A DNA stretch of 64,000 bases from Promethearchaeota archaeon (GCA_048938005.1 JBHLMQ010000006.1:1-64000); one strand, 5' to 3'. Numbered from the stretch's first letter, positions 9,981 to 19,921 are shown. The notes: a model not told the origin generated them from the letters alone. Translations and numbers: made by a program.

Positions 9981-11027
9981 TCACATGTATTCTGAAAATA
10001 GACAAATCTTTGATAAAAGGGCAGATATTTGAATATCATTATCTCTACCATCAAGAGATCTGAAATCGGAATCTGCAATAAAATTTATTAAATTGCTCCT
10101 GGCGAATTTACTTAATGGTAATTTATTTAGTTCATCAATCATGAGTTTAAAAAATTCATGAGCATCAAATTTATACTTAGATAGGATTTTACGAGCTAAT
10201 TCTCGAGATTTTGGGAAATCTCCTTTGAAAGCAACCATTAAAAGACTCCTTATAAGATCATTACGAAATATTTGAGAATTTTCATATAATTTCTCCATAT
10301 CGATTGTCTTTCCTGAAATACTACTTAGTTGTAAAAGATCTGTAGCGCGAGATATTTGACCCTCAGAAATCTTATATAAAATTTCAATTACTTCATCAGA
10401 GATCTCTAAGAACTCCTTTTTAGCAATTAATCTTATCAATTTTTTGAAATCCTCAAATTTAACACTAGAAATTAAAACGATTTGGCATCTACTAACAATA
10501 GGATTAATAATACTTGAAATTTTTGTACTAATTAAAATCATTCTACAATTTGTACCATAAATTTCCATCAATCTTCTAAAACCTTGCTGGTTTGAACCTA
10601 AAACCTCAAAATTTTTCACAATAAGAATTTTAAAAGGGGCATTTCCTAATACTTTCAATTGAACAAACGGTTTGACTCTTGATTGAATGAATGCAGGTGT
10701 TGTAATTCTTCTTCCTGCAATGCTACCAATTTTACTTGTAGAAATATACGCATCCGCTCTCGCCTGTTTTCTTTCCTCTTCACTTAAAGGAACATTAGCA
10801 TAAATTAATTTAAAATTCGCATCGTAATCTTTACCAAGAAACTCTTTCGAAAATAATTGAGCTATTAATGTTTTTCCAATCCTCTTTGATCCTATGAATA
10901 ATAAATGTGGAAAGTTTTTTTGTTGAATAAAACCCTTTAAGGTCTCCTTAACCTTTTTTCTTCCGCTAATTTGGTCTAAATTTTTTGGATGATACTTAAT
11001 TCGCCATATAGGAATTTCCTCATTCAA
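9981..11027 (-). CDS. RFC small-subunit paralogue with degenerate ATPase motifs
   Basis: 'IWRIKYHP', Walker A GSKRIGKT, Walker B replaced by 'IVKNFEVL', 'FRRLME', SRC arginine finger, C-terminal 'IQISALLSK'. Confidence 0.85.
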   Translation of the reverse strand: MNEEIPIWRIKYHPKNLDQISGRKKVKETLKGFIQQKNFPHLLFIGSKRIGKTLIAQLFSKEFLGKDYDANFKLIYANVPLSEEERKQARADAYISTSKIGSIAGRRITTPAFIQSRVKPFVQLKVLGNAPFKILIVKNFEVLGSNQQGFRRLMEIYGTNCRMILISTKISSIINPIVSRCQIVLISSVKFEDFKKLIRLIAKKEFLEISDEVIEILYKISEGQISRATDLLQLSSISGKTIDMEKLYENSQIFRNDLIRSLLMVAFKGDFPKSRELARKILSKYKFDAHEFFKLMIDELNKLPLSKFARSNLINFIADSDFRSLDGRDNDIQISALLSKICLFSEYM

Positions 11028-11064
11028 ACTTGAATACCTTTAGATCTTTTTTTTTAATTTGTAG

Positions 11065-12042
11065 TTAAGATTGAACCTTTTCTATAATGCTTGCTAAAAG
11101 TGCTGAAATCTGAATTTGTTCGTCTGCCCCTTGGCTTATTTTATAATCAATTTCTCCAATATATGTTCTTAAATTTACAATTTTTTCTGGGTCAATATTA
11201 AATGATGGTAAAATTTTCGCTATTTGTCTAATGAAATTGCGACTGTCAAGAATTTCAATAGAACCAATTATTTTTCTCGATTTCATATAATCTTTACCCT
11301 TAATAGCTGCAATTAAATTTCCTAAAGTTTTAGTGTCTAAAAATCCTGAAATTTTTAAAATTTCATCTATATCTAAATTATCTAAAAGTTCAAGAGCAAC
11401 AGCCATCTGAAGAGCGTTGATAGCTTTTCTCAAATCCCCTCCTGATATAAAAAACAATTGATTAAAAAATTCAGCTGATATATCAGAAGGAATTTTCAAT
11501 TTCTCTTTTTCAGCAATATATTTTAGTCTTTCTATTATCTTTTCTTTTGGTAAACTTACAAATCTAAATACAGCACATCGAGAAACTATCGGATCTATTA
11601 ACCTGTTTATATAATTACATAAAAGTATAAATTTTATGTTATTTGATGTTTTTTCAATAATTCTTCTAAGAGCTTGTTGGACGGGTCCTGGTATATTATC
11701 CGCTTCATCTAAAATTACAAATTTTAAGTTTTCTTTTCCATCCTTTACAAGAATTTGATTTACAAAAGACTTAAGAACTTGCCTCACGAAATCTATTCGC
11801 ACTGTGTCTGAAGCATTCAACTCTAAGAGATTTGTATCCATCTCCTGTGATTTAAGAAAGCTTCTTGCTATTATAAGGGCAGTGCTGGTTTTTCCAGTTC
11901 CTGCGGGGCCTGTGAAAATCATATGAGGCATATTTCTATTCTTAACAAACTCTCTAAGGTTGTTAATCGCAATACTCTGACTTACAATATCGTCAAATGT
12001 TTCAGGACGATATTTTTCAACCCAAGGAGTTTCTAAACTCAT
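11065..12042 (-). CDS. rfcS: Replication factor C small subunit
   Basis: 'PWVEKYRP', GPAGTGKT, 'ELNASD', 'ILDEAD', 'QQALRR', 'SRC', 'GDLRKAIN'. Confidence 0.95.
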   Translation of the reverse strand: MSLETPWVEKYRPETFDDIVSQSIAINNLREFVKNRNMPHMIFTGPAGTGKTSTALIIARSFLKSQEMDTNLLELNASDTVRIDFVRQVLKSFVNQILVKDGKENLKFVILDEADNIPGPVQQALRRIIEKTSNNIKFILLCNYINRLIDPIVSRCAVFRFVSLPKEKIIERLKYIAEKEKLKIPSDISAEFFNQLFFISGGDLRKAINALQMAVALELLDNLDIDEILKISGFLDTKTLGNLIAAIKGKDYMKSRKIIGSIEILDSRNFIRQIAKILPSFNIDPEKIVNLRTYIGEIDYKISQGADEQIQISALLASIIEKVQS

Positions 12043-12066
12043 TTTCTCAAATCATTCTTTGCTTTT

Positions 12067-12528
12067 TTAGCTATTTTCTGTTAAATCTAATTCCAAAACT
12101 TCATAAACCTTCTTGAAATTCATTTTTTCATAGAGTTTCAAAGCTTCTAATGCTCTCTCTTTAATATTAACCTTTATCTTTTCTACTTTTATCTTCTTCA
12201 AATGTTCTAAGGCTTTTTCTAACAAAAGACTTCCAACACCTTTCTTTCGATAATCTTCCTTTAGGAAAAATTGCTTAATATATCCCTCGGATGAGCCAAA
12301 CGGATCAATCCGCAATTCTGCAATAATCATTCCAATCACATCATTTGAATCTTCATCTACAGCTATAAGTATACCGTGACGCTGAAGAGGATCAAAAAGA
12401 CGACGTCGAATTCCCCAATCAAAACGTTTTGGATCAAATTTTTGCCCCAAACCTTCTACCAATTGTTTAGTTAAATCTCTTAAATTTTCAATTTGCTCTG
12501 GAGAAGCGATTTCAACTTTAATAGTCAT
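12067..12528 (-). CDS. GNAT family N-acetyltransferase
   Basis: Acetyl-CoA motif 'DYRKKGVGSLLL' and 'ALKLYEKMNF'; ATG at 12528 follows a GGTGA SD. Confidence 0.9.
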   Translation of the reverse strand: MTIKVEIASPEQIENLRDLTKQLVEGLGQKFDPKRFDWGIRRRLFDPLQRHGILIAVDEDSNDVIGMIIAELRIDPFGSSEGYIKQFFLKEDYRKKGVGSLLLEKALEHLKKIKVEKIKVNIKERALEALKLYEKMNFKKVYEVLELDLTENS

Positions 12529-12549
12529 AAAATTCACCAAATAATTATA
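12523..12549 (-). repeat. 27-bp leader/start duplication, copy 1 (copy 2 at 12959-12985)
   Basis: AGTCATAAAATTCACCAAATAATTATA is identical at both positions and spans the SD and ATG of two adjacent genes. Confidence 0.9.
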
Positions 12550-12676
12550 ATAATTATTGCTATTTTAAAATTTAAATTTTCTTCACTCAAAATTAATAAA
12601 ATTACAAGTGAGATATTAAATGATACTGTTTTTAATTAAAAAAATGATACTGAAAAAAAAAATTAAATTAAAGATG

Positions 12677-12964
12677 TTAAAAGTGGCGAGCAGATGTTCC
12701 ATCCCACGCTGTTACATCTTTATTTACCCATCCACATTTAGGACATTTATTCGGAAGTTCCCAACTCTCTAAAGCTGGATGGACTCGACAGTATAAACCC
12801 CCACAATTCTCACAAACTAAATATTTAGCTCCGCAACCTGAACACATTTTCAGTTGACCTTGTTCAACAAAAGGGAATGCTCTTCTCATCCACTCATCGT
12901 GAGCAAGGCTCATACTCTCTTTTCCACAAACAATACAATGAACACCATCTTCTTCATGAGTCAT
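12677..12964 (-). CDS. Small multi-CxxC zinc-finger protein
   Basis: CIVC, CSGC, CENC, C..H and CPKC motifs in 95 aa; ATG at 12964 follows a GGTGA SD. Confidence 0.75.
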   Translation of the reverse strand: MTHEEDGVHCIVCGKESMSLAHDEWMRRAFPFVEQGQLKMCSGCGAKYLVCENCGGLYCRVHPALESWELPNKCPKCGWVNKDVTAWDGTSARHF

Positions 12965-13135
12965 AAAATTCACCAAATAATTATACCTAATGTTTGTATA
13001 AAATGGAATAAATACTTTTACTAAGTGCTGATATTAAATTAATAATAAAATAAAGAATTAAATATTTTTTTAAAAGTAAAACCTTGTTAAAAAATCAATT
13101 AGAATTTTGAAAGAGATAAACAATATAATTTTTCT

Positions 13136-13459
13136 CTACATATCTAATTTCTTAGTAGCTCCAGCTCCTTTTATTTCAGGATTGACCGCTTCAACATTTT
13201 GAATCAATGTATATATCGTATCTTCCTCTAAAGCCTCTTTAAAAGCAATATACATCTCTTTACTTCCAATAAATAATCCCTTTCTTTTCATAGGTTTGCC
13301 ATCGTTTTTTAAAGGATTAACTTCTAAGAATAATAAGGCGGGTCTTGTTTTTGTCGCGGGAACTTTTACTACAAATACACCGGGAATAGGAGTTTCCATT
13401 TTTTCCCAATCTTTTCCATTCTTCAAATGATCTTTTAATTGTGCTTGAATATCTGCCAT
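13136..13459 (-). CDS. Conserved hypothetical archaeal protein
   Basis: 107 aa clean ORF with 'TPIPGVFVVKVP' and 'EVNPLKNDGKPMKRKGLF'; AGTGAG SD-like sequence upstream. Confidence 0.7.
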   Translation of the reverse strand: MADIQAQLKDHLKNGKDWEKMETPIPGVFVVKVPATKTRPALLFLEVNPLKNDGKPMKRKGLFIGSKEMYIAFKEALEEDTIYTLIQNVEAVNPEIKGAGATKKLDM

Positions 13460-13497
13460 TTTAACTCACTTTTGATTTTTCATTATATGTAATATGT

Positions 13498-13514
13498 TAT
13501 ACGTAACACGTATA
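13498..13514. promoter_or_regulatory. Inverted repeat TATACGT-AAC-ACGTATA, candidate operator
   Basis: Perfect 7-bp arms overlapping a minus-strand TATA-like TTTTTATATA in a divergent intergenic region. Confidence 0.45.
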
Positions 13515-13725
13515 TAAAAATTTTTGGATAGAATTAAAATCTCATAATGCTCTAAGAGTTTTCTAATATTGCTGGGTATTAAATTTCTACAACTTCTTTG
13601 TTCTAAACTATCATTTAAAGATATATATGAATTCTGTCGGACTTCTTGGGGTTAATTTCCACTAAACCTTTAAATATATCACTCTCGTATATACATATAT
13701 CAATTGAAACAAATTTAATAAAAAA

Positions 13726-13959
13726 TTGGTGGAGAAAATTAAGTTAATATCAGTTAATTTACCAGAATCTTATTTAAAAGTTTTAGAGATACTTGTAATT
13801 GATGGTAAGTTCCCAAATCGCTCAGAAGCGATTCGAGTGGCTATTAGAGATTTGATTAAAACAGAATATTTGATCGAAGAATCCGTAAATAGGAATCTAT
13901 CCCCAAGTGTAATAGAATCTGATGTTGAGAATGAAATTCAAGAAAAATTATTAATTTAA
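13726..13959 (+). CDS. Ribbon-helix-helix (CopG/Arc) regulator, CdrS-like
   Basis: 'ISVNLP...LVIDGKFPNRSEAIRVAIRDL'. Confidence 0.85.
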   Translation: MVEKIKLISVNLPESYLKVLEILVIDGKFPNRSEAIRVAIRDLIKTEYLIEESVNRNLSPSVIESDVENEIQEKLLI

Positions 13960-14012
13960 ACTAATTTTTTTTTATTCTTTTTTGAAATAATTTAAATAGT
14001 ATAAAAAGTATT

Positions 14013-17000
14013 TTATTCATTACGCTTTCCCAACAAATCTAGTACTTTTTTCCTCCTTTCTTTGCGTCTGGCAGCAATACGCACTCTGAGTAATTCCCTC
14101 TCGTCTTTTAAAGCTTCTTCTTTGACTTTCGGAATTTCTTCTATTGGTTTCTTACGAACTTTTGCTCTGAATTCGTTGATTTTTTTATCAATTTCTTTTA
14201 AGATCTTCTTTCCTATTTTAAGATTCTCAAGCTTGAACTTAGCTTCAGTTAATTCAGAAATAGCTTTCTTGAATTGGTTATTCGCTACAGATATATGAGC
14301 TCTATCTAATGCTTTAAATGCGTTCTTAAACTTTTCATTCTGTAAATCATTAATAGATACTATTAATGTTATTAATGGAATCCCCGCTTCAGTTTTTATA
14401 TTTTCAATTTGTTCATTAATTTTTACAATATCATCATATTTTCCCAATTTCGTCAATCTTTCTGTTTCTTCTCTTAGTAATAATACACCTTCGTTATATT
14501 GGAAATTTTCTATAAGCTTGTGAGCGCGCTCTATTTTTTTAGTTATTTCCATTTCAAGCTCTTTTCGTGCAAGTCTACGTTTTTCTTCCTTTCTTCTTTT
14601 CTCAAGTTCCTTACGTTCTCTTTTTTCCTGTTCTTTTAATATTGCTCTCTTTTTCTCTTCTTCAATCTTTTTTATTTTAACATCTTCTAAAATTTCAGCT
14701 TTCTTCTGTTCTCTTTTAAGTTTGAATAAAAGCTCATTATTTATTCGTGAAACCTCTCGCTCCCAAAATATTTTTTTGAATAATTCCCGAGCATTTATGT
14801 ATTTGTCGTAAGCTTCAGTGAATTTTTTACGGTCCATTAAAGCCGTTCCTTCTTCTAAAAGTACATAAGCTTCTTCAGAAATTTGCCTCTCCCTTTCTTT
14901 TTCTCTCTGAATTAATAAAAATTCTTTTCTTTTCTCTTCTTGCTGTTTTCTTCTCAATTCTTGAGTTTCAAACAGTTTTTCTTCTAGTTGTTCTTCCATC
15001 TTTAATTCTTCAATTTTTCTTTCCTCAGCGGCTTTTTGTTCCATTTCAATGGCTTTTTTCTTATTTTTAATCATTGCAACCGAATCTCGAACCATGTTAA
15101 TTCCTTCTAGCCACTCTATATCTGCAAATATATTTTCACTTTCATTATAATATTCAATAGCTTTTTCAAAATTATTTTCTCTTAATTCGTGTTTGGCTTG
15201 ATCCATTAAACGAAATGCTTTATCCTTTTGAGTCTCAAATAATGCTACCTTTTCTTTTTTTAAATCTAAAGTTTCTTTTCTCTCTTGGAGTAATTTTTCT
15301 TTCTCTATCCGCTCCTGCTCCAATAATCTTTGTTGATGTAATAACTCTTCTTCTCGCTTTTTAACCTTCTCAGCTTCTAAAGCACGTATCTTCTTGTCTT
15401 TTGCTAATTTTTCTTTATAAAATTTTATCGTATCTACTAATTTTGCGGATTCTTCTTTCCAATTAATACTTTCAAATTGTTTACGCGCATCACGATAAAT
15501 TTCAATAATTTTTTCATAAGGTGCTTCAAAATCAAAAACTCCGGATTTTAGTTTTAATTCATATTCTTGTGCAAGTCTCTCAGCATTTTGAATCATACTG
15601 AAGATTGCTGTAGCAGCTTCATCTGCATCTTTCTGCTTCTCCTCGAATTCTTGCAATCTCTTCTGTCTTTCAATAAAATCTTTTTCAAGTTCAATCTGTT
15701 CTACTTCTAATTCAATTTCTGGTTTTTCTAGTTTCTTTTGTTCAATCTCTCTTAATTTATCATCTTTTTCTTTTTTGTCTTTGTAAAACTTAATTGTATT
15801 AATTAAGCGGTTAGCTTCATCATTCCACCCAATTTTTTTAAACAATTCTCGAGCTTCTTCATAATTATAAATCGCTTTATTATAAGGACTTTGATATACT
15901 AAAACATCTTTCTGTATACTTAATTCATAGCTTTTTACTGCTTTTTCTGCCTCATCAATAAGATTCATTGCTTCATCAAGGATAATATCCTCTTCTTTTT
16001 CCTCTGCTTCAATTTCCTTTATCTTTTCTGGTTTAACTGATTTTCCTTCCTTTTTTCCTGCTTTAAGCATTTCTTCAAGTTCTTTTTCTTTTTGAACTTT
16101 TTGGGCTTCAATTTCTAACAATTTTTCATGTTTTTCTAATTTCTCTTGATAAATTCTTATTTGTTCTAAATATATTTGTGATTGTTTCTTCCATCCCCTT
16201 GAATAAACTCTTTCTTGTAATTGTTTATATAACTCGATTATTTCGGGATAAGGAGTCTGTTCGATTACTTCTCCCTTTTTTAAGGCTTTTTTCATGGCAG
16301 AATCAAAATCTCTCTCTAATTTTTCTCCTTTATTAACCATTTCCGTAATGTATTTTTCAAATTCTTTTTCTTCCTTTTTCCTCTCGACAGCTTTCAATTT
16401 TTTTTGATCTACTTCAACTTTTACACTAACCTTATGCATTTCTTCGATTGCTTTTTCTCTTTCCGCTTTTTGAGCCTCTATTTCAAGTAGTTTCTCATGT
16501 TTCTCTAATTTCTCCTGATATATCCTAATTTGATTTGCGTATATCTCTGCTTGCTCTCTCCACCCCCTTGCATAAACTTTTTCTCGTAATTGTTTATATA
16601 TCTCAATAACCTCAGTATAAGGAGTACTCTCTAGTATTTCTCCATCTCGATAAGCTTTTCTCATAGCGATTTCATGTTCACGTACCATTTTCTCTGCTCT
16701 ATTGACATTTTCAGACAGAAATTTTTCGAAGTCTTCTTCATCTTTCTTCTTTTCTATAACTTTTATCTTTTCCTCATCTACTTCAACTTTTTTACTAACT
16801 TTATACATTTCTTCAATATCTTTTTCCTTTTGAGCTTTTTGAGCTTCTATTTCCAGTAATTTTTCATGTTTTTCTAACTTCTCTTTATAAATTTTAATTT
16901 GATTTGCGTATATCTCTGCTTGTTCTCTCCAACCCCTAGCATAAACTTTTTCTCGTAATTGTTTATATATCTCGATAACTTCAGCATAAGGAGTACTCTC

Positions 17001-19304
17001 TAGTATTTCTCCATCTCGATAAGCTTTTCTTATAGCGATTTCATGTTCACGTACCATTTTCTCTGCTCTATTGACATTTTCAGAAATGAATTTTTCGAAA
17101 TTTTCTTCTTCTTTCTTCTTTTCTAAAATTTTTAACTTTTCCTCATCTACTCCAATTTTTACACCAACTTTATGCATTTCTTTGAGTGCCTTTTCTCTTT
17201 CTGCCTTTTGAGCCTCAACTTCTCGTAATTTATTATCTTGTTCTAATTTTTGAGTATAAAAATTTATTTGATTATTATATGCATCAACTTCTTCTTTTCT
17301 TCCCTTTTCAAGTAACATTCGGTTTACTCTTTCATAAATACCGATAATCTTTAAATATGGAGGATTTTCTGCCAATTTTCCTTTCTTTATAGCTTTTTTC
17401 ATAGCTTTTTCATATTCTCGAGCCATTTTTTCTGCTCGATTTATCATCACCTCAATAACACTGTCAAAATCTTCTTTTTCTTTCTCCAATCTTCTCTGTT
17501 CTTCAATTAATTTCAATCTTTCAGTATCTAAACCAATAATAGGTTCTTCTTTTTTAACTTTTAATTTCTCCTCAACTTCTATCTTTTTCCTTGCTTTATC
17601 AGCCTCTATTTGTCTCAATTTTTTATCCTTTTCCAATTTTTCTCTATAATTATTTATTTGACTTGAAATGATTGTTACATCAGTATCCCAACTCCTCTCT
17701 AATGCCAATTGTTTAGCTTTTGCTAAAATATTGATGATTTCTGAATATGGACATTTTAATTCAAATTTACCTTTCCGCAATGCTACTTCATACTCTCTTC
17801 CTAAACGCTCAGCTCTATCTGTGATTTCATCAATTTGATTCCTAACATTTTGAATTTCTATAGCAATTTGACGTTGCTCTTCTATGACTCTTTGTTGTTC
17901 CTCACTTATTCCAATTTCTATATCTTCTCTCTTAACTTTTAGCACTTCCTCAGCTTCTTCTTTTCTTTTTGTTTTTTCTGCTTCAATTTGTCTTACTTTT
18001 TTATCTTGTTCAAACTTTTGAATATAGACATTTATCGTATCATCATAAATAGTAGCTTCACTATTCCAACCCTTTTCGACAAGTAATTCTTTTATTCTTT
18101 TATATATTTCAATAACTTTAGGATATTCACATTCCTCTACTATATTTCCTTCTTTAATAGCTTTCTGCATTGCTAATTCGTAGTTACGCGCCAATCTAGC
18201 AGCTTCAGTGGCCATATTATCGATTTGGGCTTTAAAGAATTCCTGTTCCATTTTTTGAAGTTCTATTCCTCTAATTCTTTCCAGTCTAGCTAATCTTTCC
18301 TGTTCCTCAATTTCTTCTACTCGATGATCAACAATTTCTTCTTTTTGTAATTCGGTTTTAATTTTTTCCTCAGATTTTAATTTTTCTTTTTCAATTTCCT
18401 CAATTTTTAATTTTTCTTTTTCTAATTGAGATATAGTATCTTGAATTTTTTTAATCTCATAAGTCCAGTTCAATTTTTTGAACAAATTCGCGCCATCTTC
18501 GTACAATTTAAGGGCTTGATCATATTCATGAATTCTTACCATTTCTACTGCTTGATCTAATAGCTCATAAGCTCTAGATGAGATATCCTCTTCTCGTTTT
18601 TTCGCTTCAAGAAAATGTTTTAATTTTTCTTCTTTTAATTGCTCTTCGCTTACTTTCTCATCAGGTTCTAGTTCTGTTACTGGTTCTTCAACAATCTCTT
18701 CCTTCTTAATAACTCGTAAGAATTCCGCTTTTTTATTATAACAATCTTCAATTAAAGTATATAATCTTTCTATTTCATCAGGTTTGTTAGCATCTTCAAG
18801 GATTTTCTCGACTTCATCGTATTTATTAAAAGCTTCCTCAAATTTATTAATATTAACTAATTCTTGAGCTTCAACTATCAATTGGTTTGATTTTCTGATC
18901 CATTCTTCTTCGCTTTTAGCTTCTTTACTGACTTCAAATTCTTCAATTTCTCCAGGTTCTTCAATTATTTCAATGCCTTTTTCAGATTCTATTTCAACTT
19001 CTCTGAATGCTTTTTCTTTAAGCACATATATTTCTGATATTTTTTCATTTATAGCTTTAATTTCTGCTTCTCTATTAATCTGGGTATATAAACCAATTGC
19101 TTGTCGTAAAATCTCTATACCATCATCATAATACTGTGTCTCTATCAGATTAATAGCATGCTCAACTAATTCATAAGCTTCAGAAGCAATTTCTTCCTCC
19201 ATTTCCATCATATCAGAAAAAAATGCTTCTTTTGTAGGATCAAACTCGTCCTCATCAAATTCTAGTTCGAAATCTTCCTCTCTCTTCTCTTCCATAAATA
19301 TCAA
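14013..19304 (-). CDS. Giant (1763 aa) charged helical repeat protein, MIT/TPR-like modules plus coiled coil
   Basis: About 13 modules of ~120-135 aa with pattern 'AE...REYE...PY.E.IEIY......GW..(Q/E)A..Y..QI..Y.EKLE' separated by E/K/R-rich linkers; ATG at 19295 is possible. Confidence 0.85.
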   Translation of the reverse strand: MIFMEEKREEDFELEFDEDEFDPTKEAFFSDMMEMEEEIASEAYELVEHAINLIETQYYDDGIEILRQAIGLYTQINREAEIKAINEKISEIYVLKEKAFREVEIESEKGIEIIEEPGEIEEFEVSKEAKSEEEWIRKSNQLIVEAQELVNINKFEEAFNKYDEVEKILEDANKPDEIERLYTLIEDCYNKKAEFLRVIKKEEIVEEPVTELEPDEKVSEEQLKEEKLKHFLEAKKREEDISSRAYELLDQAVEMVRIHEYDQALKLYEDGANLFKKLNWTYEIKKIQDTISQLEKEKLKIEEIEKEKLKSEEKIKTELQKEEIVDHRVEEIEEQERLARLERIRGIELQKMEQEFFKAQIDNMATEAARLARNYELAMQKAIKEGNIVEECEYPKVIEIYKRIKELLVEKGWNSEATIYDDTINVYIQKFEQDKKVRQIEAEKTKRKEEAEEVLKVKREDIEIGISEEQQRVIEEQRQIAIEIQNVRNQIDEITDRAERLGREYEVALRKGKFELKCPYSEIINILAKAKQLALERSWDTDVTIISSQINNYREKLEKDKKLRQIEADKARKKIEVEEKLKVKKEEPIIGLDTERLKLIEEQRRLEKEKEDFDSVIEVMINRAEKMAREYEKAMKKAIKKGKLAENPPYLKIIGIYERVNRMLLEKGRKEEVDAYNNQINFYTQKLEQDNKLREVEAQKAEREKALKEMHKVGVKIGVDEEKLKILEKKKEEENFEKFISENVNRAEKMVREHEIAIRKAYRDGEILESTPYAEVIEIYKQLREKVYARGWREQAEIYANQIKIYKEKLEKHEKLLEIEAQKAQKEKDIEEMYKVSKKVEVDEEKIKVIEKKKDEEDFEKFLSENVNRAEKMVREHEIAMRKAYRDGEILESTPYTEVIEIYKQLREKVYARGWREQAEIYANQIRIYQEKLEKHEKLLEIEAQKAEREKAIEEMHKVSVKVEVDQKKLKAVERKKEEKEFEKYITEMVNKGEKLERDFDSAMKKALKKGEVIEQTPYPEIIELYKQLQERVYSRGWKKQSQIYLEQIRIYQEKLEKHEKLLEIEAQKVQKEKELEEMLKAGKKEGKSVKPEKIKEIEAEEKEEDIILDEAMNLIDEAEKAVKSYELSIQKDVLVYQSPYNKAIYNYEEARELFKKIGWNDEANRLINTIKFYKDKKEKDDKLREIEQKKLEKPEIELEVEQIELEKDFIERQKRLQEFEEKQKDADEAATAIFSMIQNAERLAQEYELKLKSGVFDFEAPYEKIIEIYRDARKQFESINWKEESAKLVDTIKFYKEKLAKDKKIRALEAEKVKKREEELLHQQRLLEQERIEKEKLLQERKETLDLKKEKVALFETQKDKAFRLMDQAKHELRENNFEKAIEYYNESENIFADIEWLEGINMVRDSVAMIKNKKKAIEMEQKAAEERKIEELKMEEQLEEKLFETQELRRKQQEEKRKEFLLIQREKERERQISEEAYVLLEEGTALMDRKKFTEAYDKYINARELFKKIFWEREVSRINNELLFKLKREQKKAEILEDVKIKKIEEEKKRAILKEQEKRERKELEKRRKEEKRRLARKELEMEITKKIERAHKLIENFQYNEGVLLLREETERLTKLGKYDDIVKINEQIENIKTEAGIPLITLIVSINDLQNEKFKNAFKALDRAHISVANNQFKKAISELTEAKFKLENLKIGKKILKEIDKKINEFRAKVRKKPIEEIPKVKEEALKDERELLRVRIAARRKERRKKVLDLLGKRNE
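16102..17208. repeat. Intragenic tandem repeat with 369-bp (123-codon) period, about 3 copies
   Basis: Matching anchors at 16102, 16471, 16840 and 17209; near-identical blocks at 16622 and 16991. Confidence 0.9.
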
Positions 19305-19419
19305 CTATTTTCAAGGAGAATTAAGAATAAACCTAATATAAAATAAACTCTATACAAGTTTAATATAATATTTTAATTATAATATAAGAATCATTAAACG
19401 AAAATAAATATTTAATCAG

Positions 19420-19812
19420 TTAAATTTCAAATTTTCCTAGATTTTTATTAAGATAATCATCGCAAATTCTTCCTCCTTCATTTGTTAAACTCCACCCATT
19501 AGCGTCCCTTTTTACAAGATTCAAATTTTCAACACTAGATAAAATTGTATGCACTTCATCCTCACTTTTACGAATATTAAAATCAACTCTTAAACTAAAT
19601 ACTATCTCATCAATTGGTACAGGGCCTCCAAGCTCATCTTCCATTACTCCTAGAGCTGCGATTATTTGATTTTGTTCTACCATGCCTGCGTCCATAGAAT
19701 GTGAAACTTCATCAAGTAACCACGGATTCTTATCTAACATCTTTTTAATTGCTTTTTCGTCCCCCTTCTTAAAAAGCTTATCGAACTCCTCCCTAATCTT
19801 CTTCTTAGCCAT
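19420..19812 (-). CDS. Small winged-helix domain protein
   Basis: 'PVPIDEIVFSL...EVHTILSSVENLNLVKRDANGWSLTNEGGRI' matches a wHTH pattern. Confidence 0.7.
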   Translation of the reverse strand: MAKKKIREEFDKLFKKGDEKAIKKMLDKNPWLLDEVSHSMDAGMVEQNQIIAALGVMEDELGGPVPIDEIVFSLRVDFNIRKSEDEVHTILSSVENLNLVKRDANGWSLTNEGGRICDDYLNKNLGKFEI

Positions 19813-19921
19813 GATAGTTCCCTATTCTTCCGTAGTATAAAAAAAATTCCGGAAGTTATATTAATATCTATAATATAGATTTCGAAAATAAAATCTTTTA
19901 TAATGAGTTTAAAAATAAGCT

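Noticed and set aside
14013-19304. Giant helical protein as SMC/Rad50 or a true spectrin
   Set aside because: No Walker motifs, hinge or zinc hook; repeat length (~123 aa with long charged linkers) differs from spectrin and homology cannot be shown by eye
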